DNA of 63,572 nucleotides, counting the filler, from Octopus bimaculoides (Eukaryota): the NCBI RefSeq assembly GCF_001194135.2. It is 10 parts of 10 records of this genome, joined end to end, with 100 filler letters (N's around TTAATTAATTAA, not from the genome) between each part and the next. Parts side by side here need not be neighbours in the genome. Positions count along the whole stretch, not along the records: positions 1 to 4,036 come from NW_026420234.1; positions 4,137 to 12,102 come from NC_068989.1; 8 more parts are not named here. The stretch is one strand, 5' to 3'. The position numbers were made by a program, and so were the translations under genes. Positions 1 to 10,760 of this stretch are shown in pieces. How positions within the stretch are numbered: position 1 is the stretch's first letter; each line of letters starts with the position of its first letter. The notes beneath the pieces are model-generated. The model was given only the letters and a program-made list of their open reading frames with translations, did not search any database and was not told the origin of the DNA.

Positions 1-293
1 ATCATGTGTCGCCCACACATGAGCCAGTCCAGGGGCACCGGCAACGATCTTGCTCGAAAGATATCATATGTCGACTGCACATGAGCCAGACCAAGGGCAC
101 TGGCAGCGATCCCGCTCGAAAGATTTCATGTGTCGCCCGCACATGAGCCAGTCCGGGGGCATCGGCAACGATCTCGCTCGAAACATTTCATGTGTCACCT
201 TCACAAGAGCCAGTCCAGAGGCACTGGCAACGATCTCGCTCGAAAGATATCATGTGTCGCCCGCACATGAGCCAGTCCAGAGGCACTGGCAAC
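1..293 (-). repeat. ~62-bp tandem repeat array (about 4.7 units), internal repeat of SINE-like family D
   Basis: Unit TCATGTGTCGCCCGCACATGAGCCAGTCCAGGGGCACTGGCAACGATCTCGCTCGAAAGA recurs with ~62-bp period. The same unit occurs inside the element at 27000-27449. Confidence 0.85.
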
Positions 294-317
294 AAATACA
301 TATCTGAAATCATCTGT

Positions 318-537
318 GGCCGATGCCAGTGCCGCCTGACTGGCTCCCGTGCTGGTGGCACACACTAAGCACTATTCAAGTGTGGGTTGTTGCCAGGTCT
401 GCCTGACTGGCTCCCCATGTCAGTGGCACATTAAAAGCACCATCCGAACATGGTCGATGCTAGCTTCCTCCACCCCAACTGGCTCCTGTGCTGGTAGCAC
501 ATAAAAAACACCATCCAAACATGGCTGATGCCAGTGC
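318..537 (+). repeat. Second array of the same unit, opposite orientation, more diverged
   Basis: GATGCCAGTGCC...ACTGGCTCC...GTGGCACA recurs about 3.5 times and is the reverse complement of the units at 1-293. Confidence 0.75.
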
Positions 538-538
538 G

Positions 539-1881
539 AGAACTACTCTTAAAAACCATATTTTTAAGTTTAACAATAAGCTGTATAAACAGATGAAAGG
601 CGGTAGTATTGGAGTAGGGATCACCGGTGATGTTGCTAACCTCTACATGATATAGTGGGACAGACATTTTAAACAGTACCTAGCAACCCGTAACATTCAC
701 TTAGCTATGTACTCTCGATACGTTGACGACATTAACCTTGTTGTGAAATGTAATAGTAATACAGATATTACTATTACATTCTACTAAATGAAGAACAGGT
801 GATGACAGCTATACAACACATAGCTGACTCTATCCATAGCAGTATAAATGTTAGTGTAGACTACCCCTCTAAACACCCCAGTAGTAGATTACCTGTCCTA
901 GATACTGAACTGTGGATAGAAAATACTAGAATTGACAGAACTGTTAAACCCTGTTTACTCCACTCACACTATTGTAAACTTATGGCTAATCCACTGGTAA
1001 TCCGTAGTGACTCAGTGATGTCAAGTACTACCAAGATCAACATCCTCGTGGCAGACTTAGTTAGAATAATGAGGAATGTATCCCCACTATGCCAACCACA
1101 AGAACAACAACAACACATCCAGCACTACATATTCCGAATGTAACGTTCCAGATACACACAGTACGATAGAATCAGAGTGTACAAAGGAGCGAAAACAAGA
1201 TTCGAACGCATTCTAAGAGATGACGATAACGGTATATTCCCCCTATACCGCAACAAGTTCTGGAATAGGTTAGAGAGGGACACCAACAAAAGAAATAAAA
1301 ACAATACTTAGTATGATAACAAGAAATTTCACAGTGTAATGTTTGTTGTCGCCACACCTCAGAACAAATTAAGTAAGGCATTCAAGAGAATCCTGTGCAC
1401 AACTGGCCTTAAGATCAAAGTTGTAGAAATGACAGGTAGGACTATCAAATCTGTATTATGTAGATCATATCCATTTGATAAAATCACCTGTCAAAATAAT
1501 TGTGCAGTATGTTCTACAAACCCACATGTGAACTGCAAAATCAAGAGCACTGTATACAAGATTAAGTGCCAAGAAGGAGCTTGTGCGACTAACCCAGAGT
1601 CATACATTGGTGAGACTTCTAGGATTATTAATGATAGGTTCAAAGAACACCTGGACAACTACATTGAAAAGAAACCAAACTCCATCTTCTATCAGCTTGC
1701 TGTAAACTGCCACAAGGGCTCCTTAGGGAGACTTAAATTAAACATCTTATCCACACATCCCACTGATGCAATGCTGAGACAAGTCACTGAAGCTGTCTGT
1801 ATACAGGAATACAAACTCTCTCTCAACCGTAAATCCAAGTGGGGTAACATCCAGATTCCACTCGGGAGTACACCTCTATAG
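539..1881 (+). mobile_element. Penelope-like retroelement relic (RT core, thumb, GIY-YIG endonuclease), with stops and frameshifts
   Basis: Translates to KNHIFKFNNKLYKQMKGGSIG (from 539), RYVDDI (716-733), LPVLD (ORF 799-1143) and VYKIKC...SYIGETSR...RFKEH (ORF 1339-1881). RT followed by GIY-YIG is the Penelope architecture. Confidence 0.9.
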
Positions 1882-2180
1882 TCACCCTTCTCTCTCTTTT
1901 ACATGTGGAATTCCATTCCATACAAACATATTCAGATGCATAATACATACATATATGTAGTTATATATAAATAACCGTATGAGCGTACATAGTTTGATAC
2001 ATATATACGTATGTGTAGATGTATGTGTATATGTACGTGTGTGTATGTGCTGTGTGAGTATGTTAGCATGTGAGTATGTACATGCATGCACGTATGAGCA
2101 TGTGTAGATATATGTATATATTGTATATGTATGCGTGTAAAAAAAAAAGAATAAAAAAAATATGCCAAATTTGAAAATAG

Positions 2181-2184
<4 letters not shown>

Positions 2185-2248
<64 letters not shown>
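2185..2248. repeat. (TA)n microsatellite
   Basis: Perfect TA run. Confidence 0.97.
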
Positions 2249-2250
<2 letters not shown>

Positions 2251-2513
2251 AGATAGATACCCTTACTAAGTCCAAACTCCTGTCTGATTTATCTGATTAC
2301 ATCCAAAGGCATAAACAAAAACAAACAAAAAATAAGACCCATGATCTTGACACCAAAATTAAGAAAGGCCTTAAATTAAAAAATCGTGTCAAAAATAGAG
2401 AGATTGTATGCTTCCTGAATGACAAATCAGGTAGAATGTCTGTTGACAACCTATCAAATTATATTTTGAACATGCAACCACACATCAGAGACATGACAGA
2501 AGAAACAACACTT
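2247..2513 (+). mobile_element. Penelope-like pre-RT fragment, runs into gap
   Basis: KGLKLKNRVKNREIVCFLNDKSGRMSV..NY resembles the DKG/DKS motif upstream of Penelope RT. Confidence 0.6.
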
Positions 2514-3599
2514 NNNNNNNNNNNNNNNNNNNNNNNNNNNNNNNNNNNNNNNNNNNNNNNNNNNNNNNNNNNNNNNNNNNNNNNNNNNNNNNNNNNNNNN
2601 NNNNNNNNNNNNNNNNNNNNNNNNNNNNNNNNNNNNNNNNNNNNNNNNNNNNNNNNNNNNNNNNNNNNNNNNNNNNNNNNNNNNNNNNNNNNNNNNNNNN
2701 NNNNNNNNNNNNNNNNNNNNNNNNNNNNNNNNNNNNNNNNNNNNNNNNNNNNNNNNNNNNNNNNNNNNNNNNNNNNNNNNNNNNNNNNNNNNNNNNNNNN
2801 NNNNNNNNNNNNNNNNNNNNNNNNNNNNNNNNNNNNNNNNNNNNNNNNNNNNNNNNNNNNNNNNNNNNNNNNNNNNNNNNNNNNNNNNNNNNNNNNNNNN
2901 NNNNNNNNNNNNNNNNNNNNNNNNNNNNNNNNNNNNNNNNNNNNNNNNNNNNNNNNNNNNNNNNNNNNNNNNNNNNNNNNNNNNNNNNNNNNNNNNNNNN
3001 NNNNNNNNNNNNNNNNNNNNNNNNNNNNNNNNNNNNNNNNNNNNNNNNNNNNNNNNNNNNNNNNNNNNNNNNNNNNNNNNNNNNNNNNNNNNNNNNNNNN
3101 NNNNNNNNNNNNNNNNNNNNNNNNNNNNNNNNNNNNNNNNNNNNNNNNNNNNNNNNNNNNNNNNNNNNNNNNNNNNNNNNNNNNNNNNNNNNNNNNNNNN
3201 NNNNNNNNNNNNNNNNNNNNNNNNNNNNNNNNNNNNNNNNNNNNNNNNNNNNNNNNNNNNNNNNNNNNNNNNNNNNNNNNNNNNNNNNNNNNNNNNNNNN
3301 NNNNNNNNNNNNNNNNNNNNNNNNNNNNNNNNNNNNNNNNNNNNNNNNNNNNNNNNNNNNNNNNNNNNNNNNNNNNNNNNNNNNNNNNNNNNNNNNNNNN
3401 NNNNNNNNNNNNNNNNNNNNNNNNNNNNNNNNNNNNNNNNNNNNNNNNNNNNNNNNNNNNNNNNNNNNNNNNNNNNNNNNNNNNNNNNNNGGACTGCCAT
3501 GTTGACTTGGTGATAACTATTAATATATATATATTTATATATGTATATTATATATATAAAGCATATATATATATATAGTATATATATATATATATATTT

Positions 3600-4036
3600 A
3601 TTTCTTTATTTATGCATTTCAGCCATGTGGCTGTGGTCATGCTGGAGCACCACCGTGACTTTCCGTCTTTTTGCTGTGCTCTCTTCACGTTCCTTGCATG
3701 GTTCTTCTCCTCCACTTGATATAGTCCAATCAAGAGTTTTGATGGCACATCTGGTGTATAAGAGAATTCGACATCGCTGCCTTAAATTGTGTCTCATTTC
3801 GAGCCATTGGTTCATCTGGTATCGTGGAGAGTAAAGTGTCGAATTTTGTTTTGAAGACCTCTATATCCATGTCTTGCAAGTCTCTCAACTGTTTTGGCAG
3901 GGCATTAAAGAGCTGAGGTCCTCTGAAACCGAGTGTGTTGCAGTACCTTGTCCTTATGTGAGATGCAGTGGACGGTACCCTTGGTGCCATGCAGTGGCGA
4001 CCTGTGCGGGTATTCGTGTAGTACTTGATGCCAAAG
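3600..4036 (-). mobile_element. 3' end of a CR1/L2-group LINE (ORF2 C-terminus plus 3' UTR)
   Basis: LGFRGPQLFNALPKQLRDL..FKTKFDTLLSTIPDEP (ORF 3730-3990) is a typical CR1-group C-terminus. It is followed by a UTR and an A-rich tail near 3600, and the 5' side ends in a gap. Confidence 0.85.
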
Positions 4037-4136
4037 NNNNNNNNNNNNNNNNNNNNNNNNNNNNNNNNNNNNNNNNNNNNTTAATTAATTAANNNNNNNN
4101 NNNNNNNNNNNNNNNNNNNNNNNNNNNNNNNNNNNN

Positions 4137-4209
4137 AGAGAGAGACGGACGGACGGACGGACGGACAGACGGACTGACTGATCGCTAGACAGATAGACAG
4201 ACAAACAGG

Positions 4210-4260
<51 letters not shown>
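4137..4260. repeat. Compound (GACG)/(GACA)/(GATA)n microsatellite
   Basis: Direct inspection. Confidence 0.95.
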
Positions 4261-5579
4261 CGCATGGCTGGTTTTTGCTGTTGTGATCAATATTTTCCCT
4301 CTAAATCTCTGTTAAAAGACCAGCTGCACACTCAAAAAATTTGTTTAGGAATACTTTACGTAATCTCATGATGTTATTACATTTGCTGTTGATTATACAT
4401 GTAATGTACTCGATTCCCACTTTACTGTTCAGTAGGTGTTGTGCAAATGACATTATGCGACACTCAAATGCCGTCCAGAGAGTGAACGGAAAGATGACCT
4501 CATTTTGGCCATAGCTGGAGGAGTTTCAGGGGAGGTAACTTTGTTCCTCACAATGGGTTTTTTCATTACGTTTTTTCGTTTCAAGACTTTCTTTTATTTT
4601 TTATTCTTTGCACCACTAAACTCGCTAAGATTTTATTTTACCTACATTAGTAAAGAGGCTATGTGCTTCTATCAGAAGGTTTGTTGAGTAGCTTTCGCTG
4701 CCAAGTGCAACAGTAGGCGTGAAAAAAATAGTAACTTTTCTTACTAAGGATATACTACTGGACTAGGAAACTCCAAGTAGCGTTTTGGGCACCACATAAT
4801 AACGATTATAACGGTAATAGCAGTATTAGCGATAATATTTACACCACAGCTGGAAATTGATTGCTGATGAGAGTAGGAGATAACCCCCTACCTTCTAACC
4901 CTGCAGCCGACAGATGGCGTAGCTGAAAGAGGATGACATAGCCGGAAGCTGATGACCAGCCGATGACTACCAAAAGAGGGAGATAACCCCCATTGTTTAT
5001 ATTTCGTTCGTTTCCCCTCCATACTTTAAAGAGACCATAGGTTAACAAGTCTTAGGGTCTGATGATACGCAGGGTAACCTATAAACAGGCCTTCACCAGT
5101 AATAAATATAGACTGCTCTACTTCTTAGAGTGTGCTTCTCCGTTTTTATGTTTTTCTAAAAAGAGAGAAAAAAACCCGATATATATGTAAAAACTAACAC
5201 TTGCTTTTTCTGTGCTTAGATTCGAAACCGTATTATATACGTATGAAAAATCTTGAGGGTGCATGTCCCGAACTTCGGTATTGCGGAGAGTTGTAATACA
5301 CGAACTGGTAAATACTGTCTGCCACCAAATATACCACCTTTGAAATCACAAGCAAAAACACTCTATTGTACCAGTCTGATATTTAGAGTTTGTTTAACTG
5401 CCTGCCAACAGAAATCAGAAATATAAGAGGAACCTCTATGGAAACATACAAATAAAATAAAACAATGGATAAACTTCTAGCGACGAATAATTGGCTGACC
5501 ATTAGCCAACCATTCAAGGATACACTCAGGGAAGATCACCTGCTACAAACTCGATCGTACATCAAATTTCTAGCAATAA

Positions 5580-5950
5580 GGCGACGACTCCGTCGCTTAC
5601 GACGACGAGGGTTCCAGTTGATCTGATCAACGGAACAGCCTGCTCGTGAAATTAACGTGCAAGTGGCTGAGCACTCCACAGACACATGTACCCTTAACGT
5701 ACTTCTCAGAGATATTCAGCGTGACACAGAGTGTGACAAGGCTGGCCCCTTTGAATTACAGACACAGCAGAAACAGGAAGTAAGAGTGAGAGTAAGTTGT
5801 GGTGGAAGAGTACAGCAGGGTTCGCTACCATCCCCTGCCGGAGCCTCGTGGAACTTTAAGTGTTTTCGCTCAATAAACACTCACAATGCCCGGTCTGGGA
5901 ATCGAAACCGCGAGTCCACTGCCCTAACCACTGGGCCATTGCGCCTCACA
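5580..5950 (-). mobile_element. tRNA-derived SINE, family N
   Basis: Reverse complement aligns along its length with 57559-57943. A-box TGGCCCAGTGG and B-box GGTTTCGATTCC are present, with a 14-nt deletion in the tRNA-like head relative to that copy. Confidence 0.9.
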
Positions 5951-6040
5951 AGGCGACGATAAAACTGAAAGAAAATAAATTAAGGCGGTGCTCCAGCATG
6001 ACCGCAGGCCTACGACAGAAACCATTAAAAGTATGTATGC

Positions 6041-6170
6041 TATTCTTTAATACGGATAGTATTGAGCGACTTCGAAGTTTCGACCTGCTAAGCCCATCAT
6101 CATTATCCGACAGTGACTTAGCAAGCCGAAACTTCGAAGTCACTATCAATACTATTCTTGTTAAAGAATA
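6041..6170. repeat. 130-bp imperfect palindrome (mini-MITE or hairpin RNA candidate)
   Basis: Arms 6041-6093 and 6117-6170 are reverse-complementary (TATTCTTTAA..ATAGTATTGA..GACTTCGAAGTTTCG..TGCTAAG). It begins and ends with TA. Confidence 0.8.
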
Positions 6171-6247
6171 ATAAATATGTAGTCTACGAAAAAGAACTAA
6201 ATAATCCTTCAGCTTCTAGTAAAATTGTTTTTATTATAACTTAAAAT

Positions 6248-6444
6248 AAGGCGGCAAACCGGTGGAGTCGTTAGCACGCTGAGCAGAATGCTTAGCAGCA
6301 TTTTTTTCTTTACGTTCTGAGTTCAAATACCACTGAGGTCGACTTTACCGTTCATCCTTTCGGAGTCCATAAAACAGGGTTTGATGTAACTGACTTCTCC
6401 CTCCCCTCAATAATTCTGGCCCTGAACCAAATTTTGAAACCATT
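6248..6444 (+). mobile_element. tRNA-derived SINE, family M (Meta-domain-like core), diverged monomer
   Basis: Head AAGGCGGC...GTTAGCACG, B-box GAGTTCAAAT and core TTCATCCTTTCGG, shared with 9529, 22352, 24303 and 38663. Confidence 0.8.
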
Positions 6445-6527
6445 ATTACTTAATATAAAAACAAACACTAATATATATTCTGTAAATAATAATGATATTT
6501 TGTAAGCGGGAAACCCACCTTTTTCTG

Positions 6528-6812
6528 TATGTGTGAATAAGTACCAGATTTTAAAAAGCAAATACTGGGGTCGATTTGTTCGACTAAATTTCTTCGAGGC
6601 GGTACCCCAGCATGGCCGCAGTCTAATGACTGAAGCAAGTGAAGGATAAAGACATATACGACAGGCTTCCACACAGTTTTCATCAACCAAATTCGATAGC
6701 AAGGTATCAGTCGTCCTGGGGTAATAGCAGAAGACACTTATCCAAGATGGTGTGCAATGAGTGTGAACCCGAAACTGTATGATTGCAAAGCAGGCTTCTT
6801 AGCCTCACAGTT
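6528..6812. mobile_element. Two family C SINE fragments, tail to tail
   Basis: 6528-6640 matches the family C 3' part (GGGGTCGATTT...GGCGGTACCCCAGCATGGCCGCAGTC) on +. 6650-6812 matches the head/core part on -. Confidence 0.65.
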
Positions 6813-7404
6813 GTGATTGCGCCAATGTTTAGAAAGGACACATTAAATAATGTACCCTGACACATTCTATATCTTAAGAAAATGAGTAGATGGTCATTTT
6901 TGGAAAGCCTTTATGATTCTGATCAATCAGGACTCACACACAAATAATAAACAGAAAATCATTGCTGTGCTAAGATTCGAAATCTATAGAGTTTATACTA
7001 ATTATCTCCCTTACATCAGAAATAACTTGAACTTTCAGAGTGTGGCGGTATTGATTTATAAATGATTTTCATGCATTTCGTTTGTTTCCATAATGCTTGA
7101 TCACTTCAAACAAACTTTTGCAAGCATGGTGGGGGATAATTTTAGTTGTAAATGCTGGCAGACTTTTGGCTAATGAGAAATTAGGCACCTATTTGACGCT
7201 AAATTTTGAAACCGGTACCAAGTTGACCAGCATTACTTGTTCTGACCTAGGAGAAGTAAGATGTTATTATTGTTCAATGAAATTTTTTCTTATCATGTCT
7301 GTAGTAGATTTGTGACTATTCGGTGGTATAGAAGTATTTTTGACGTCTATTTTTAGCGATGTAGGTGCTCATGTAGTGCCCTTGTGTAGCGCCCTTGTGT
7401 ATAT

Positions 7405-8206
7405 ATCCGTGAACGTGACCTGGGCATTATTGTCGACAGCGATTTGCGTTGGACAAAACACATTGCTAAAATTGCCAAGAAGGCTGAGGGTGTCTTGGCA
7501 TCACTTACAAAGTCCTTTGTGAGCCGCTCTCCTGCTATCTATCTGAGGCTTTATATAGCTATGGTGCGGCCTCACCTGGAATTTGCATCACCGGTCTGGA
7601 ACCCCTATCTTGCTCAGGATATTAATCGTCTGGAAACCGTTCAGCGACGTGCAACCAAGAAAATTCCCTCCATCAGGCATTTGCCATACTCTGAACGCCT
7701 TATTTCCCTGGGCATGGATACGTTGAAACTCCGACGGCTGGCAACTGACTTGGCAGACACCCATAAAATTATTAACCATCTTACTAACAATAACTCTGAG
7801 CACCTTTTCAAATTCCACCTGTCTAACGCCCGTGGACATATTTACAAAGTCAGAAAACAGCACAACTCCCATGACTTTCGGAAACATTTTTTCATGCTAA
7901 GAGTTACTGAAGTATGGAACAAACTGCCAGAATCAGTTGTTAGCTGTCGGAGCACTGCATCCTTCAAAACTTCCATGCTTCTTGAGATTCGCCAACACTA
8001 CACCTGATTTTCTCCCCTCCATACACATGCAAGCATGTATCTGACTCATACACTGTTCACTTCTCAGACATTTGTACATTACTACATATGCTCTCTACGC
8101 ACTTTTGACAAGTTGTAGTGCACCTGAGCACTGTATACAATAATTTCATTATTAGTATTTTTATTATTTTTATTATTATTATTTTTATTATTATTATTAT
8201 TATTTT
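7405..8206 (+). mobile_element. 5'-truncated CR1-clade LINE with open RT C-terminus, 3' UTR and (ATT)-rich tail
   Basis: ERDLGIIVDSDLRWTKHI...VRPHLEFASPVWNPY...LETVQRRATK...RRL..DL, open to stop at 8007, then a short UTR and ATT repeats. Confidence 0.92.
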
Positions 8207-8332
8207 ATGTTTGACTTTTGCTTTGAATTTGTACAAGTTGAATCCAAGTCTCACCCAGAGACCTCAAGAGACAACAAGTTAGAATTTCATGTAGGTGTTA
8301 TGCCTAGGGTACCATATATTTGGATTTGTACA

Positions 8333-8393
<61 letters not shown>

Positions 8394-9087
8394 CTAAAAT
8401 TGTATGTATATATTTTATTAATTTGCCTGTACAGCTGATAATTCGCTTGCCACTCGTGACGGTATTTTAATAATACTATCCCTATATTTATATCTATACA
8501 TATAAATTTAACATGGGTGATTCTTTCTTGTCTTGGAATTTACGGTCAAACGGCTGGGTGGAATTGCGCGAAAAATTACACAGAATGATCCGGTGGTGAT
8601 GCTGAGCTTTGTATTTTGTTTTTATAGTTCCCATGGTTACCGAGATGATCTACTATAATAATACTCTTGTGTTTATGAATGAGAAAGGAAGGGGTGATCT
8701 CATACTTGGTAGTGGGATGATAAAAATTGTACGCTGAAAAAATAAATCAAACTGTGTTTCAACTTAGTGTGAATATATGTGTGTGTATGTAAAAGGGGCG
8801 GTATGTGAATGTGAATGTGTGCGTGCGTGCGTGTGTGTTTGTGTGCGCGCGCAATAGAAATGGGATGTTTCATCTTTGTTCGCTTAGTATTTGGTTCTGA
8901 TTTGGTTGAATCTTGGTTGTTTTTTTCTTTTTTGTTGGTCAGTTATTTTTAGCGTTTTGACAGAAAAAAGTCATTCTAAAATTGTTTTTAAACATAAGTG
9001 TGCCCAAACAAGTCGAATGCTTACACAGAGCAGGTTTTACAGCCATATCATCCAAACCAACCGGATGAAACCGGACTTAGCTGCTAG

Positions 9088-9118
<31 letters not shown>

Positions 9119-9528
9119 CAAAGAAATTTCTTATCGTTGAATGGATACGTATCTCCCGTTCCGTAGATGATAGTTGAAGGCCCCAGACAAAACTACCATT
9201 CTACGTCACACACTGCGGCTTCGTGCTTCAGGTATACACTCCATCAGGGCCCCACCCCAACCGACCTCTTGAAACCCTTGCTTAATTAACAATTGACTAT
9301 ATCATCATGAAACAAATAGCAGAGGACCTCTAAAATGTAAATATTTACNNNNNNNNNNNNNNNNNNNNNNNNNNNNNNNNNNNNNNNNNNNNNNNNNNNN
9401 NNNNNNNNNNNNNNNNNNNNNNNNNNNNNNNNNNNNNNNNNNNNNNNNNNNNNNNNNNNNNNNNNNNNNNNNNNNNNNNNNNNNNNNNNNNNNNNNNNNN
9501 NNNNNNNNNNNNNNNNNNNNNNNNNNNN

Positions 9529-9899
9529 GCCAGTTGATTAGATCGACCCCAGTACGCAACTAGTACTTAATTTATCGGCCCGAAAGGATGAAAGGCAAAG
9601 TCGATCTCGGCGGAATTTGGACTCAGAACGTAAAGACAGCATTTCGCCCGGCGTGATAACGTTTCTTATTTCTTTACTGCCCACAAGGGGCTACATACAG
9701 AGGGGACAAACAAGGACAGACAAACGGATTAAGTCGAGTATATCGATCCCAGTGCGTAACTGGTACTTATTTAATCGACCCCGAAAGGATGAAAGGTAAA
9801 GTCGACCTCGGCGGAATTTGAACTCAGAACGTAAGGACAGACGAAATACCGCTAAGCATTTCTCCCGGCGTGCTAACGTTTCTGCCAGCTCGCCGCCTT
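9529..9899 (-). mobile_element. Dimeric family M SINE
   Basis: Two successive head-plus-core units with a junction at 9665/9666. Same architecture as 24303-24706. Confidence 0.9.
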
Positions 9900-10199
9900 A
9901 GAATTTATTGAATATTGAGAATCTTCTGAACTTGGCACAGAATCGCTTCTGCTTTTCATTTTGTCAGTGCTGTATTTTTTGTTTTTTTGTAAACTCATCC
10001 AGTTATGTGTCGCCAATGCATGATAGTTCCTAACGACGTTGTGATGATGTCACATTTGCAGTCTAGGACCTCCATTAAAACCTCTGACTTAACACAATAG
10101 TGGTTGATTAAATAAAAATGTGTGAAGTCTGCGAGAGAATTTTTCACTATACTGCTGCAACTTTAGTTGTTTATGGCTCGGTCCATTGTTCAGTTACAA

Positions 10200-10760
10200 G
10201 AAGAAAAGGATAGCCAGCCAGTGGAACTGCGGAGCTTGTCCAATACACATTGGATCTGACAGCATGCATTGTGTTATGTTGTGCATTTGCACTTCCATCA
10301 ATTTTAGATAGTCGCATTCCAATGCACATAATCAACGAAGAGACAAACTGAGAGCAAGTTGCTTCTATCAGGCTTGTCTGCAAACGTTTATAATCGTCTT
10401 TGTATAAGTTAACAAGGCTATAAACTTTTTCATTGGATATGAATATAGCAATCGCATAGATACCCGGTTGCATTGAAGATCTTCATGTCAAACAAAAACA
10501 AATTGGATGGTAAAGGATTGTGGTATATGATGAAACAACACTGAACTTTATATAAGACGATCATCTCATTTGAGAGAAGCCAGACGACGAGTCAAATTTC
10601 ATGAGCATTTGCAAGACTTTGTAGTCAATGAGGTTGTTGGAAGTTGGTTGACAAGTAGTAGAGATCATTTTGGCAATTTTCGACGTAAGACCGTCATCCC
10701 TATTTTTACTCAAATCCTGTTCACAGCCCCAGTGCTGCGTTTCAACAGAAAGTTGTAATA
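10200..10760 (+). pseudogene. Highly decayed hAT-like transposase fragment
   Basis: ELRSLSNTHW (10224-10253) resembles the hAT LSxTRW motif, and RRRVKFHEHLQDFVV resembles the basic linker of hAT transposases. Many stops. Confidence 0.5.

Noticed and set aside
1-293. CRISPR-like periodic repeat
   Set aside because: Units are contiguous with no unique spacers, there are no cas genes, and the context is eukaryotic.
1882-2275. HT/YI/CV/LS/poly-I repeat ORFs throughout the window
   Set aside because: Translations of microsatellites.
2454-3578. Long ORFs spanning N gaps (also 13509, 19765, 29268, 36334, 58828 and others)
   Set aside because: Their length comes from X residues.
4081-4092. TTAATTAATTAA islands between N runs (also 12147, 18601, 23280, 27495, 38591, 54845, 60015, 61256)
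   Set aside because: Always flanked by Ns and encodes stops in all six frames: a scaffolding linker, not biology.
4436-4534. AG...GTAACT-bounded candidate exon
   Set aside because: Stop codons in all three frames.
4860-5070. Three CTGATGA heptamers
   Set aside because: None is followed by a helix closed by GAAA.
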